Origin: a virus
Taxonomy: Duplodnaviria > Caudoviricetes
Virus record (IMG/VR): IMGVR_UViG_3300011858_000030
Span: 21,695-85,694 of that record
Reading direction: 5' to 3' (one strand)
Length of the DNA: 64,000 bases
Below the pieces are notes generated by a model, which searched no databases, was not told the origin of the DNA, and saw nothing but the letters and a program-made list of their open reading frames with translations. Positions within the stretch are counted from its first letter, which is position 1, and every line of letters starts with the position of its first letter. Shown here one piece after another: positions 1 through 9,625 of the stretch. The translations under genes and the position numbers were made by a program.

Positions 1-125
1 CTGGCCTGAACGAGTGCGCCGTTCAGCACATCATCGTCAATCTGCCCGGTGTAGTTGCGGTCGGTTAGCGACACGCACTCGCGCTCACCAAACGCCCTGA
101 CCATGTCCTCCCGGTTCGCGTACAT
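1..125 (-). CDS. Mu gp36-like head-tail adaptor (DUF1320), 5' part only
   Basis: ATG at 125, read by eye as MYANREDMVRAFGERECVSLTDRNYTGQIDD; follows the gp35-like gene as in Mu; runs off the window. Confidence 0.75.
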   Translation of the reverse strand, partial: MYANREDMVRAFGERECVSLTDRNYTGQIDDDVLNGALVQA

Positions 126-128
126 GGC

Positions 129-536
129 TTACCCCTTGGCCTTTTTGTCCGTGTTTTCCGAACCGGCCTGCAGCGCATCAAGCTTCTGACTCAGTGCATC
201 ACGTACTGTCTCCAGCTCAGTGATGGTGCCGTTTGCACTGGCAAGCTGCTGCTTAAGCGCATCGCCATCCTGGTTGAGCTGCAGAACCGTCGCCTCCAGC
301 TCGCTGACGCGCGTTTTGAGGCCGTCACGCTCGGCGGTCAGGGCGGATACAGCATCCCCGTCTCCAGACTTTTCAGGCACATCCTGCAAACGGACCACAA
401 TCAGATTGGGATCGTTTTCCAGAATCTGGAGTTCGCCGTCGCTGAAATGGTCATCCGGCCAGGTGACGGTATTCGCGCTGTGGGCGATGCCGAGACGGCG
501 AAAGCCATCACGGCGGGCAGTGATTTGGATCGGCAT
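129..536 (-). CDS. Mu gp35/HI1506-like head protein
   Basis: N-terminal ITARRDGFRRLG motif and ILENDPNLIV; directly after the capsid gene. Confidence 0.75.
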   Translation of the reverse strand: MPIQITARRDGFRRLGIAHSANTVTWPDDHFSDGELQILENDPNLIVVRLQDVPEKSGDGDAVSALTAERDGLKTRVSELEATVLQLNQDGDALKQQLASANGTITELETVRDALSQKLDALQAGSENTDKKAKG

Positions 537-1444
537 TATGCTTCCTCCCCGGTAGAGCCATACGCCATCTGCCAGAAGCCGTAGCCACCATTTGCACGTG
601 CTTCAGCACCGAAGATGAACTTCTTGCGCATAAAGACGTTGTCAGCGTTGTAGTCGGTCTGCTCGACAAAGACCGGTTTTTTACGCTCCTGGTAAATCAG
701 GGGCTTCACGGGTTTTGACGTGTCCAGAAGGAACCAGGCGGTATCTGACGTCAGCTCCGGCACAACCAGAACCTCCGCCGTCCCCTTGTAAGGGTTTGGC
801 GTATTGTCCGGGAAGCGGTCAGCCGTCATCAGGTAGTTGGCATCGTCTTCGAGAGCCGGAGGCACAACCAGGATGGTCGGGCGAATTTTCAGGGACGCGC
901 CTTCATCATCCTTCAGGCTGCGCATGGCGGTTCGTGCAGCGCCGTAACTTGCTTTTGCGGCGGCAAGCGAGGTGACGGCAAGCTTTTTCGTGCCTTTGTT
1001 AGAGACCGACTTGCCCCCCGAAAGGTGGTCAGTATCAAAGAAGGGCTGACCGTCGTAGCAAAGATTGGTGAAACCTTTGCTCAGGAGCGCGAAGACGATA
1101 TCGGCAGGCAGTTCGGCAGCGGACTGGCCCGCACCTTTCGCCTGCAGGGCATAGCCCATGATCTGATCGTCTTCGATATCGTTACGCTCAACTTCTACCG
1201 TCGCTTCCCAGTCTTTGTTGCGGATGGTGTAGTTGAACGCGGCGAGCGCTTTCACCACCTTGTCACCAATCCACTCACGCATTTTCGGGAAACGGCTCAG
1301 CCAGCTGTAATCGTTTTCTTTCCCGGTTGACGGCACCACCATGGCAATCTTCTGCCAGTCGGACGGAGCCTGATCAAAGGCGTTCTGGAAGGTCGCTTTC
1401 AGATTAATGAAAATCTGACGCACATTTTTTACGTTAATTAACAC
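536..1444 (-). CDS. Mu-like major capsid protein (gpT)
   Basis: 302 aa; WLSRFPKMREWIG and GYGFWQMAYGS motifs; synteny. Confidence 0.93.
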   Translation of the reverse strand: MLINVKNVRQIFINLKATFQNAFDQAPSDWQKIAMVVPSTGKENDYSWLSRFPKMREWIGDKVVKALAAFNYTIRNKDWEATVEVERNDIEDDQIMGYALQAKGAGQSAAELPADIVFALLSKGFTNLCYDGQPFFDTDHLSGGKSVSNKGTKKLAVTSLAAAKASYGAARTAMRSLKDDEGASLKIRPTILVVPPALEDDANYLMTADRFPDNTPNPYKGTAEVLVVPELTSDTAWFLLDTSKPVKPLIYQERKKPVFVEQTDYNADNVFMRKKFIFGAEARANGGYGFWQMAYGSTGEEA

Positions 1445-1457
1445 GGTTCTCTCCTTA

Positions 1458-1850
1458 TTAAATCAGAACCCAGACGCCATCATTCTCAAGACCCAGCACC
1501 TTTCCGGCGATCGGACGCGCGTTGGTATCACTGGTTTTGGCCACGGTCTGGCTGTCCACCACGTAGCAATCCTTGCCAGTCTGCGCCAGCGTGACCGGGT
1601 CAGCAGTGCTGTTGGCAAGGAACCAGGCTTTACCGCGACGAACCAGCACGCTCGCATCACCGGCTGCACCGGCAGTGTTATCCACCCAGCCATCACAGAT
1701 GCCGAGGGTGGTATTGGCTGCAGTGGCGCTGCCTGGTACAGCAAAGCCCGCTGCGTTGGCCGCAATAATGTGGCCGCCAAAGAGTTCTGTGGCTGCCGCA
1801 ACCGGGACGGCAAACAGCTGGCCGTCGCGATAAGGGGTATGACGATCCAT
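1458..1850 (-). CDS. Head decoration/cement protein
   Basis: 130-aa Ala/Gly-rich beta protein between the protease and capsid genes. Confidence 0.7.
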   Translation of the reverse strand: MDRHTPYRDGQLFAVPVAAATELFGGHIIAANAAGFAVPGSATAANTTLGICDGWVDNTAGAAGDASVLVRRGKAWFLANSTADPVTLAQTGKDCYVVDSQTVAKTSDTNARPIAGKVLGLENDGVWVLI

Positions 1851-1861
1851 TTCGCTCTCCT

Positions 1862-2977
1862 TTATTTGAGGTATTTCGCGACACTTTCCGGGTCATTGCC
1901 CATCATTGAGCAGATGGCCGGGTCAATCGCATCATCTTCAGCACCCTGTGACGGGCGTGACGGAAGGCCAGCAGGCGGTTGCCCCTGCGTCTGACTGGTA
2001 GTCAATGCGGCAATCTTTGGCGCTTTTTCGATAAAGGCGGTAAGACTGGCCGGATCGGATTTCGCCAGTGATGCAGCCCATTCCTGCTGTGCCGGAAGCA
2101 GACGACCGTCGCCGAGGGCAACCGTAATCAGCGCTTCAGCCTGCTGAGTGGCGAGTGCGGCGGTATTTCCCGCACCGGCACGCTCTGTCGCCTGCTGAAC
2201 GGCTGAATGCATGACCTCCACTGAAACCCACTTAGCCGGGTCAGGCGTGTCGAGTTTCGCCGTCAGGTCGGCGATGTTCTGCGCGTTCTGGTTCAGGATA
2301 TCCAGCAGACTGACCGACGCCGCTGCAGTCCCCTGGCCACCGGAAATCATGGTGATGATTTTTTGCAGCTCAGCCATGATCTCTTCTTTCGTTGAGGCGG
2401 TTGGCAGATTGAGCATCCAGCGCAGGTTGCTCAGTAGCTCGTTGAGAAATTCTTCATCCATTTCGGTCTGACCCTCTGTGGTTAAATGCGCGGCCATCAG
2501 GGAGGCGGCAGCAAGTAACACTTCCTCCATCCCGTCGACCGCTGGTGTATTGGTCAGAGCGGCGTTGAGCAACTCCATCACCTGACCGGTTTTGTCGTAA
2601 GAAAATACGGGGGAAATAAAGCGATACTCCTTCGCCTCGACCATCGCAGCCGCAGCGGCTGTCCACTCGACATCGATGGCGAACAAACCTTCACCGTCCC
2701 GCCACTCCAGCTTTTTGAAGAATGCAGCTGCAGGCGCAGGCAGACCGTTTTTAGCGGCCCGAAGGGTCTGGTGTTCGTAGTCCAGGACGTAAGGGGTATC
2801 GCGGGCATCAGCTGCGGCAATAAGGCGCTCTGCAATTTCCCGCGTCATCAGCCAGGCGGCGCATTCGGTCGGGCGACCATCTCGGGCGCGGAATTCACCA
2901 GCCGGAAAGAGCTGAATGACACCGGGGGTAGCGGTGTTTATTTCCTGGGTGAGTGAAGCGATGAGTGTCTTTTTCAT
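1862..2977 (-). CDS. Mu-like prohead protease/scaffold (gpI)
   Basis: IQLFPAGEF, LDYEHQT, YRFISPVF and AALTNTPA motifs. Confidence 0.93.
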   Translation of the reverse strand: MKKTLIASLTQEINTATPGVIQLFPAGEFRARDGRPTECAAWLMTREIAERLIAAADARDTPYVLDYEHQTLRAAKNGLPAPAAAFFKKLEWRDGEGLFAIDVEWTAAAAAMVEAKEYRFISPVFSYDKTGQVMELLNAALTNTPAVDGMEEVLLAAASLMAAHLTTEGQTEMDEEFLNELLSNLRWMLNLPTASTKEEIMAELQKIITMISGGQGTAAASVSLLDILNQNAQNIADLTAKLDTPDPAKWVSVEVMHSAVQQATERAGAGNTAALATQQAEALITVALGDGRLLPAQQEWAASLAKSDPASLTAFIEKAPKIAALTTSQTQGQPPAGLPSRPSQGAEDDAIDPAICSMMGNDPESVAKYLK

Positions 2978-2984
2978 GGTGCCG

Positions 2985-3031
2985 ACGATACGGCACCACT
3001 GCGGGGGGGTTCAGATGAAGGGGTTCAGTGG
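2985..3031 (-). promoter_or_regulatory. Putative activator-dependent late promoter of the head operon (PI-like)
   Basis: 21-bp box at 3011-3031 matches 11181-11201 at 20/21 positions; -10-like TATCGT (2990-2985) lies exactly 20 nt downstream. Confidence 0.7.
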
Positions 3032-3032
3032 A

Positions 3033-3242
3033 TTAACGCTGAGGATCGTTTTCTTTGGTTGTCGGCTTATCGGGTTTAGCAGACTGACGCTTCTGATGCC
3101 TGCGGGAAAAGTATCGGTCAGTGAACCACTCAGCAACCTTTATAACCAGGCCCCCAAAGATGCCAATGAAAACCCACTGCTGCGGGGTGAAATAATCAAG
3201 GAAAGCTTTGAATGTGTCCAGTTGCTCGCTCCCGTAATGCAT
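3033..3242 (-). CDS. Small single-TM hypothetical protein
   Basis: 69-aa ORF with hydrophobic WVFIGIFGGLVIKVAEW and a basic tail; weak RBS. Confidence 0.4.
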   Translation of the reverse strand: MHYGSEQLDTFKAFLDYFTPQQWVFIGIFGGLVIKVAEWFTDRYFSRRHQKRQSAKPDKPTTKENDPQR

Positions 3243-3251
3243 TTATGAGCC

Positions 3252-3284
3252 CAGACCTTTTTAAACCGCTTTTAAAAACGTCTG
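3252..3284 (-). terminator. Inverted repeat downstream of gpG
   Basis: cagacctttttaaa-ccgct-tttaaaaacgtctg: 14-bp arms, 1 mismatch. Confidence 0.55.
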
Positions 3285-3358
3285 AACACCTCTTTGGCGA
3301 ATCACTCTAGCACAATCAGACTGAACGCGTCACAGCGCGTTACAGGACGAATTTGCCC

Positions 3359-3901
3359 TCAGTCTAAAATACGTTTCAGATACTGCTCAGCCGTATTCTC
3401 CATCTTCTCCACGTCATCTTCGGTGAGATGCAGGAAAGGACGCGCGGGCATCTTAATTTTATACGCCCCGATAGTGTTCCACTGCTCAAAGTTGGAGCGG
3501 GATTTTTTAACGAACCGGTTACCCACTGAACCATCCTTGTTCTGGCGGTAGTAGGCTTTCTGGCTGCGGGCCGGAATGCTGATTTCCCCGCCCTCCTGGT
3601 GGATGCGGGCGTATTTCACATTGGTCCCGACCGTCGCCTCATCATTCGTGCTGTACTGGGTGATACTTGCCGCCAGTCGACCGCTCTTCTGGAGAATTTT
3701 ACCGCCCCGGCGCTGACGGGCGTATGCCGGGCTCCAGCCCATCCACGCCGGTCGACCCTGTTGCGCGAAGTTTTCTTCGACGGCATCGCCCATGGCAGCG
3801 GCCATCTCGCGCATCAGGGGAGCGCGGTTTTCCAGCTTTTTAATGAGTTCACCGAGTGAGCGCTCAAAGTCACCAATGTCATACCTGATGGCGTAGCTCA
3901 T
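3359..3901 (-). CDS. Mu gpG-like virion morphogenesis protein
   Basis: ILQKSGRLAASI, VGTNVKYARIHQEGG and MPARPFL motifs. Confidence 0.9.
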   Translation of the reverse strand: MSYAIRYDIGDFERSLGELIKKLENRAPLMREMAAAMGDAVEENFAQQGRPAWMGWSPAYARQRRGGKILQKSGRLAASITQYSTNDEATVGTNVKYARIHQEGGEISIPARSQKAYYRQNKDGSVGNRFVKKSRSNFEQWNTIGAYKIKMPARPFLHLTEDDVEKMENTAEQYLKRILD

Positions 3902-5157
3902 GATTTCAGCTCCAGCAGCTGCGCCGCGCGTTCAGACAACACATCACCAGGTGTGACGGTGGCACCGGCGTTCATCAGCGACAGACGCCAGCCATCGTCA
4001 GACTGCACACCACGTACCGCGCGGATGCCGTTCTGCCCGGAGAGGAGCCACACCAGAGCATCATCATCAAGCCAGACACCAGCTGGCTGACGGAGCAGAA
4101 CGGGAAGCTCTGACCACATCGGGCCTGGAGCCAGCCGGACATCCTCTTCATGAATGCTTAATGTGATCGCACCGTTAACCCCACGCTCTTCGAGGCGATT
4201 CAGCAGCTCAGGCTGGATACCGCCAACGCGCCTCAGGTCGCCACGGGTCTTCTGCCGCACGCTGACGGTGTCGACCCAGCGACGCACATCATCGCTGACG
4301 GCATCCAGCACAGCAGGTTCAGACAGTGTTTCATGGATGGCCTGAGAGGCAATCCGGGGCGTGGTGGTTGCAGATTTATCCATAAGACGCTGTCCGAGAG
4401 AAGAGAGCCAGCCCTGACCTGGATTGTGCCCGAATCCGGCATCAGGCGTGTAAAGCTCGCCGTTGAAGCGTAACGCCTTAACGTCACGGGTTTCTTTTGG
4501 TCCCCATGCCTGCTGTACCGTGACAATGTCCTGCTCCCACGATTTAACCTCAATCCCCATACGGTCTGCATCCGCCTGAGTTCTGGCACGAATGCGGCAG
4601 CGGCAGTGGTATCCGTCAGGCGGATACATGAACTGCCACACAGGATCGTCATAGCGGGCTGTGAAACCATTGAGCCTGGCGTGGAGTGGCCGGGTGTGCA
4701 TGTCCATGACGGCCACGCGTTCCCATATGGGGCGAAACTCCGCGTTGGCCATCTGCTCCGCATAGCGACCGGCACCATACGCCGCCTGCATATTGGTTTC
4801 AAAGATGGTGCGCAGACGGCGTGGTGTGAGTTGTTTACCCTCCAGAACGCCATCTTCATCGGCGACCAGCCTGGCACGGTCGGCAAGCCAGCCCTTACGG
4901 ATCAACGTTGGGGTAATCTGCCGTTCGAAGTCCCGGAGCGTGCCGCCGTTAACAATATGCTCGCGCAGCGATTGATGAATATCCTCAAGCACATCCTGTT
5001 TAAGGACGCCCGCCACGGTGAAACTGGTGGCGTGGGCGCGGGCTTCAACATCGTGCCAGTTAAAGCCGGTGGTGTAGCCCTTCGACTCAAAGTAGGCTAT
5101 CGCTTCTTCGGGCTTTAACCCGATGGCGTACCCCAGATCAACATCAGCTTTCGGCAT
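3898..5157 (-). CDS. Mu gp30/F head morphogenesis protein with C-terminal extension
   Basis: RLRTIFETN and MYPPDGYHCRC motifs; start taken at MPKADV. Confidence 0.9.
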   Translation of the reverse strand: MPKADVDLGYAIGLKPEEAIAYFESKGYTTGFNWHDVEARAHATSFTVAGVLKQDVLEDIHQSLREHIVNGGTLRDFERQITPTLIRKGWLADRARLVADEDGVLEGKQLTPRRLRTIFETNMQAAYGAGRYAEQMANAEFRPIWERVAVMDMHTRPLHARLNGFTARYDDPVWQFMYPPDGYHCRCRIRARTQADADRMGIEVKSWEQDIVTVQQAWGPKETRDVKALRFNGELYTPDAGFGHNPGQGWLSSLGQRLMDKSATTTPRIASQAIHETLSEPAVLDAVSDDVRRWVDTVSVRQKTRGDLRRVGGIQPELLNRLEERGVNGAITLSIHEEDVRLAPGPMWSELPVLLRQPAGVWLDDDALVWLLSGQNGIRAVRGVQSDDGWRLSLMNAGATVTPGDVLSERAAQLLELKS

Positions 5158-6712
5158 TGAGTCGCCCCCAGACCTCGCTGACAAACAGCGCCTGCTTTAT
5201 CAGCTGTTGCAGCTGCGCATCATCCAGCTGTGGATAACTCGCAGCAATGATATCCAGCGCCTCATCAGGGCTTTGCCCCTTGCTCAGGGCCGAGACCAGC
5301 GGCGCAATCAGCTTATCCATGGCCACCGCGATGCTCTCCCCTGGCGATGTGGCGCTGTCCAGCGCATCCTGAGCATGGTCAACAACCTCGCCCGTGGTGC
5401 TCAGTGCCGCGAAATGGCGGAATACCGGCGTGGTGCTCAGCCCCACCGGAGAGGGGGCTGCAGGCGGCGTAAGCACAGCTTCGTTCTCTTTTGGCACCGG
5501 AATCCCGACCTTTTTGTGTATCCATGACGTCGGGATAGTGTCCATCCCGGCGCGTACCAGCGCGGAAACACCATTGGCAAAGGTTTCAATGCTCTCCAGC
5601 TCACGGGTATCAAATACCAGGCGCGGCTGACGGCGCGGGCTGACGTTATAACCATTAATGGCCAGTAACATACGAATGAAGCCACGATAAAACCCTTCCA
5701 GCTGGCGGGCATCAGCGGTCAGCAGATCGTGGCGGACTTCGTTATGCACATTACCAAGGGCATTTGTTGAGGACTTGCCGTCCGCCTGTGACGTCAGCGT
5801 GCCGCCGAGAATGACCTTTGATTCGGTACGTTCGCACCAGTTAATCATCGCCATGAAAGGATCGGACTGCCCCTCGGCGGCATCCTTAAATTCGATTTTG
5901 GTGTTATCAGGGATGATCCCCGAGGCGTTATGACCGATGCTGACCAGCGCCTCCATAAGTTTATCCTGTTCATCCTGGCTGGCCCCGGACATATACGACC
6001 CGATACGCGGTGGCAGCCCGTAGATTTCCAGGAACTCAGCGAGATCGCGCACACTGTAGTTTTTAAACAGATAAGGCCAGACCAGTACGCGGTATAAGCC
6101 GGACTGCGCGATATAGCCTGACTTGGCGTTGTGCGTATGCACCAGCCAGCCAAACGGCCAGAGTTCTTCTCCCCCCAGCGTGCCGGTGTTAAGACGCACC
6201 TCATCCCCGGCTTCCGGCGTGGTACAGAACCAGCGATGCGGACGCAGTTTGATTTTGACGGGAAGCCAAAGATTGCCGTCAAGCTCCCACTTTTCAATCT
6301 CCTGAGCGGAAAAGCCATGCCCGATAGCTTCAGCCGCATTCAGGGTAATATCTTCCATCTCCTGAAGGTCCGCGAACCAGCTGGCCACCATCGCGGCGAT
6401 CTGTTTTTCTTCCGCCGTCGCGTTCGGCGGTGGCTCGATGCTCCAGTCCAGAGTAAGCAACGCATTCTTGCGTTTGGCCATTTCGGAAAAAATGTGCCCG
6501 TCCCGCTCAACCATATCTTCGAAGAGGTCAGCCTGAGCAGCCAGGTCGCCGCGTTCAGCCGCTTCCAGCAGGCGAGGAAGCCGGGCAATGGTCATTCCCC
6601 GCGATGGGTGCGTTGGCCAGTCACGCTGCAGCTCGAACGTGCGGGAGGTCTGGGGGGCTTTAAGCACCTCTTTATTTAGCGGGCGACCATACTGGTCAAG
6701 AATCTGAACCAT
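5144..6712 (-). CDS. Portal protein (Mu gp29, DUF935)
   Basis: LAEFLEIYGLP, VILGGTLTS and ALGNVHNEVR motifs. Confidence 0.93.
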   Translation of the reverse strand: MVQILDQYGRPLNKEVLKAPQTSRTFELQRDWPTHPSRGMTIARLPRLLEAAERGDLAAQADLFEDMVERDGHIFSEMAKRKNALLTLDWSIEPPPNATAEEKQIAAMVASWFADLQEMEDITLNAAEAIGHGFSAQEIEKWELDGNLWLPVKIKLRPHRWFCTTPEAGDEVRLNTGTLGGEELWPFGWLVHTHNAKSGYIAQSGLYRVLVWPYLFKNYSVRDLAEFLEIYGLPPRIGSYMSGASQDEQDKLMEALVSIGHNASGIIPDNTKIEFKDAAEGQSDPFMAMINWCERTESKVILGGTLTSQADGKSSTNALGNVHNEVRHDLLTADARQLEGFYRGFIRMLLAINGYNVSPRRQPRLVFDTRELESIETFANGVSALVRAGMDTIPTSWIHKKVGIPVPKENEAVLTPPAAPSPVGLSTTPVFRHFAALSTTGEVVDHAQDALDSATSPGESIAVAMDKLIAPLVSALSKGQSPDEALDIIAASYPQLDDAQLQQLIKQALFVSEVWGRLNAES

Positions 6713-6714
6713 TA

Positions 6715-8364
6715 TCAAAATCCTCCTGAAGGACCGAACCTGTCCCCGCTATGGCCACGGCGGGGAACAGCTTTAAACTCGAAATTACCAGCACCGGAAA
6801 CGGCCAGCATCCAGAGCATATGCAGGGCATCAGGCCCGTCATCATGGTCAGCTTTGGGGAAGTGCCGGAGCTGGTCGATGAGAGTAGTCTGCGAAGGGTG
6901 CAGGCGTATCAGGCCGTTGGCCATATGTGGCTGCAGTGACTCAATGCGCAGGAGCTTATCAACCGAAGGCGTGACGGCTCTGGCAGGAACGGGGATACCC
7001 ATCGCAGCGGAGCGCTTCACCAGTTCGGTGCGCAGGAACTCCTGGAACTGGACGGACTCGACCGCCCAGACGAGGCAGTTATATTCCCGCTGCAGCTCGA
7101 TAACGTCAGAGATAATTTTGTCCGGCACACGCTTTCGGATACGCGCTTCGACCACATCCAGAATGCCGGTGAAGCGGTTGAAACCGCCAACCAGCAACGC
7201 AGAAGGGTCCCGGCTGTTGCCGTGTTTACCCAGGCTCGGATCACATGCGCCATAGAAACGCCACTCGTTAAGGCGGTTGACCCAGAAATTAATACAGCCG
7301 GTAAATGGCGCATCTTCGCCGCTGACGGGATCGTTCTGATATTCCGCATCAAAGGTACTGTGGCCATCACGGGCACGGATGAGCATCAGGGCATAAAGCG
7401 GACGCGCAGCCCATGACACCACGGCTCCTTCATCCATCTCAGCCTGATGCTCACGGTAGTACGCCTGTGCCAGCATCTGACCATCTTCGTCGTTGTTGCG
7501 CAGGATTTCTTCCCACTTATCCCACAGCGACATATTGTGCGGCCAGCTGATAAGCGCTTTGAACCGGGCCCGCGTCCATAGCGGATTTTTAAGGGTGCGG
7601 GAAAGCACGGAATCGTAGTGCAGGATTGTCCCGATATACACCACATCGAATTTGGCCCCCGCGCCGCCGAGCGGCAGTACGGTTTTTTTGAGCCAGTTAT
7701 CGAGCTTGTCGCGTTGCTCAGGGTTACGCACCAGCTCATCGTTCTCGATATCATCGAGCACAGCCAGGTCAGGACGATACGGGCCATGGCGCAGACCACG
7801 CAGCTTTTTGCCACTACCGGCGACCTGTACCTTAATGTCGTTTCGGGTGAGGATTGTCCCGGCCTGCCAGACGCGGCCACCGCCCGTCGCTTCAGGGAAG
7901 TCCATCAACAGGCGGGGGTTAAACTGCAGCTCCGCCTTTATCGCCTCCAGCATCGGATAGGCCTGGTCGATGGAATCCATAATGATGACCGGGTAATGCT
8001 TGAGCGCCAGCACAATGCACCAGATGACAAAAAGCTGACTCACGATGGTGGATTTGGCTTCACCACGCGGAGCTGCGATCGCATCGTTCTGGCTCCCCGT
8101 GGCCTGGATGATTTCAGGCAGGCGCTTATAAAGATAGTTATGCAGCTCACTGCGGGCGGAATGGCGGACATAGTGCGGAAAATAATGCTGCACAAAGTAT
8201 TCAAACCCCGTTACAGGGTCAGCAACGAGGCCGCGACGCTCAGCAATTGCTGCAGCGGAGGGGTCAAAGCCCACATCTTCGGCTTCAATGGTGCGACGCA
8301 GACTGGCGGAGAGTTCCGCCAGTTCGGCAAGAAAATCTTTGCTGGATAACTTAGTTCTGGCCAT
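6715..8364 (-). CDS. Terminase large subunit (Mu gp28-like)
   Basis: AAPRGEAKST Walker A, GLRHGPYRPDLAVLDDIEND, and C-terminal HDDGPDAL nuclease motif. Confidence 0.93.
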   Translation of the reverse strand: MARTKLSSKDFLAELAELSASLRRTIEAEDVGFDPSAAAIAERRGLVADPVTGFEYFVQHYFPHYVRHSARSELHNYLYKRLPEIIQATGSQNDAIAAPRGEAKSTIVSQLFVIWCIVLALKHYPVIIMDSIDQAYPMLEAIKAELQFNPRLLMDFPEATGGGRVWQAGTILTRNDIKVQVAGSGKKLRGLRHGPYRPDLAVLDDIENDELVRNPEQRDKLDNWLKKTVLPLGGAGAKFDVVYIGTILHYDSVLSRTLKNPLWTRARFKALISWPHNMSLWDKWEEILRNNDEDGQMLAQAYYREHQAEMDEGAVVSWAARPLYALMLIRARDGHSTFDAEYQNDPVSGEDAPFTGCINFWVNRLNEWRFYGACDPSLGKHGNSRDPSALLVGGFNRFTGILDVVEARIRKRVPDKIISDVIELQREYNCLVWAVESVQFQEFLRTELVKRSAAMGIPVPARAVTPSVDKLLRIESLQPHMANGLIRLHPSQTTLIDQLRHFPKADHDDGPDALHMLWMLAVSGAGNFEFKAVPRRGHSGDRFGPSGGF

Positions 8365-8388
8365 GATTAATTTGCCCTTAACAGCCTG

Positions 8389-8595
8389 TTAATGGTGATT
8401 GCGGAGGGCTTTATTAACCTCGCTGATGAAGCGGTTCATCGACTCGATGCCGGTTTTATCTCGTTCAACATCGAGGCTGTAGCAGCCTGTCGACGTCGCG
8501 ACGGTTACGTTTCTGCCGCCCGCGAACCGGACGCCCAGCACGTCACTGGCCATCACATAGTTTTCACTGTTAACCCGGATTAACTGGTCAGCCAT
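8389..8595 (-). CDS. Hypothetical protein, 68 aa (MADQLIRV...)
   Basis: Start overlaps the terS stop; fills the terS-terL gap on the operon strand. Confidence 0.65.
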   Translation of the reverse strand: MADQLIRVNSENYVMASDVLGVRFAGGRNVTVATSTGCYSLDVERDKTGIESMNRFISEVNKALRNHH

Positions 8596-9088
8596 AGTGT
8601 TGCTCCATCTCCTTGCCGAAGGGTTCAAGGATTTCCACGAATGCGGCCAGATGCTTTGGATAGTGCTCGGCGACAAATGCGCTGAGCTTCTGGATAACAT
8701 CCAGCGCCACCGCCAGCTGGCTTACCTCCGGCAGTATTTTCTTGTTTGCTGCGACAGCTTTGTTAAATGCATCAGCAAGGCTTGCCAGAAGCTCGACGCG
8801 TTCCCCCGGAGGGAGCTGAGACTCGGTTGTAAGCAGTTCCAGCGTGGTCTGATACTGGGTCATTAACCCGGTGAGAATGGCGCGGCCAATCTCTTCAAGT
8901 CCATTACCGGCCATAAGGTGAGCGGCGCGTAACTTATCCCAGTCATCGCCTGCGTCCTGTGCTTCCTTTTTCCAGCGGCGAGCTGTCGCAAATGCCACGC
9001 CAGCCTGAGCGGAGGCGATTTCGAGCGACATCTGGCCGAAGATATAAGATCGTCGCAGTTTTTCCCGTGTTTCCTGCGGATGCGCCAT
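8588..9088 (-). CDS. Terminase small subunit (DUF1804, Mu gp27-like)
   Basis: MAHPQETREKLRRSYI and TARRWKKEA..GDDWDK motifs. Confidence 0.88.
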   Translation of the reverse strand: MAHPQETREKLRRSYIFGQMSLEIASAQAGVAFATARRWKKEAQDAGDDWDKLRAAHLMAGNGLEEIGRAILTGLMTQYQTTLELLTTESQLPPGERVELLASLADAFNKAVAANKKILPEVSQLAVALDVIQKLSAFVAEHYPKHLAAFVEILEPFGKEMEQHYG

Positions 9089-9089
9089 A

Positions 9090-9374
9090 TCACAGCTCCA
9101 GTTTTGCGCGAATGAGCAGAATCGCTACCGTGATGACGCCGCCCGCGATGCCACCTGTAATCGCACCCGCAGAGGCACCACGGCGAGCGGCATCGTCGCT
9201 GATGGTAGTGAGACGAACATCAATCCGGCTCAGCTTGTCATTAATCCCGCCCAGAATGTCCGGGCTGACGGGAGCCTGCAGGCGATCGAGCTGAGCGGAA
9301 ATCCGGCTCAGTGTTTCCTGTTCGCTCTGGCTGATTGTCGCGCGGCGGGTTCGGCGCTTGTGTCTGGCTTTCAT
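9090..9374 (-). CDS. Mu gp26-like protein
   Basis: Coiled region plus C-terminal GAITGGIAGG TM segment; synteny. Confidence 0.65.
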   Translation of the reverse strand: MKARHKRRTRRATISQSEQETLSRISAQLDRLQAPVSPDILGGINDKLSRIDVRLTTISDDAARRGASAGAITGGIAGGVITVAILLIRAKLEL

Positions 9375-9625
9375 TTATCCTGTTTCCTGTCCAGTTTGTT
9401 ATCAATGCGCTCGATAGCCGCTCGCAGCTCCCTCATCGCATCCATCATTGCGGTGTAGTTACTTTTTGCATCCTCACGGCGCTGGTATTCATCCCGGATG
9501 CGATCAACCGCCTTTTCCAGGTCGGTGATGTCTTTTTGCAGACGACGTATCCAGATGGTGCCGAAGGTCGCTGCCAGCGCCAGCGCAATCTGAAAGGCCA
9601 TATCAAGAGTCATAATGTTTTTCAC
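9371..9625 (-). CDS. Mu gp25-like membrane-anchored coiled-coil protein
   Basis: N-terminal TM followed by heptads; between the spanin and gp26-like genes. Confidence 0.7.
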   Translation of the reverse strand: MKNIMTLDMAFQIALALAATFGTIWIRRLQKDITDLEKAVDRIRDEYQRREDAKSNYTAMMDAMRELRAAIERIDNKLDRKQDK

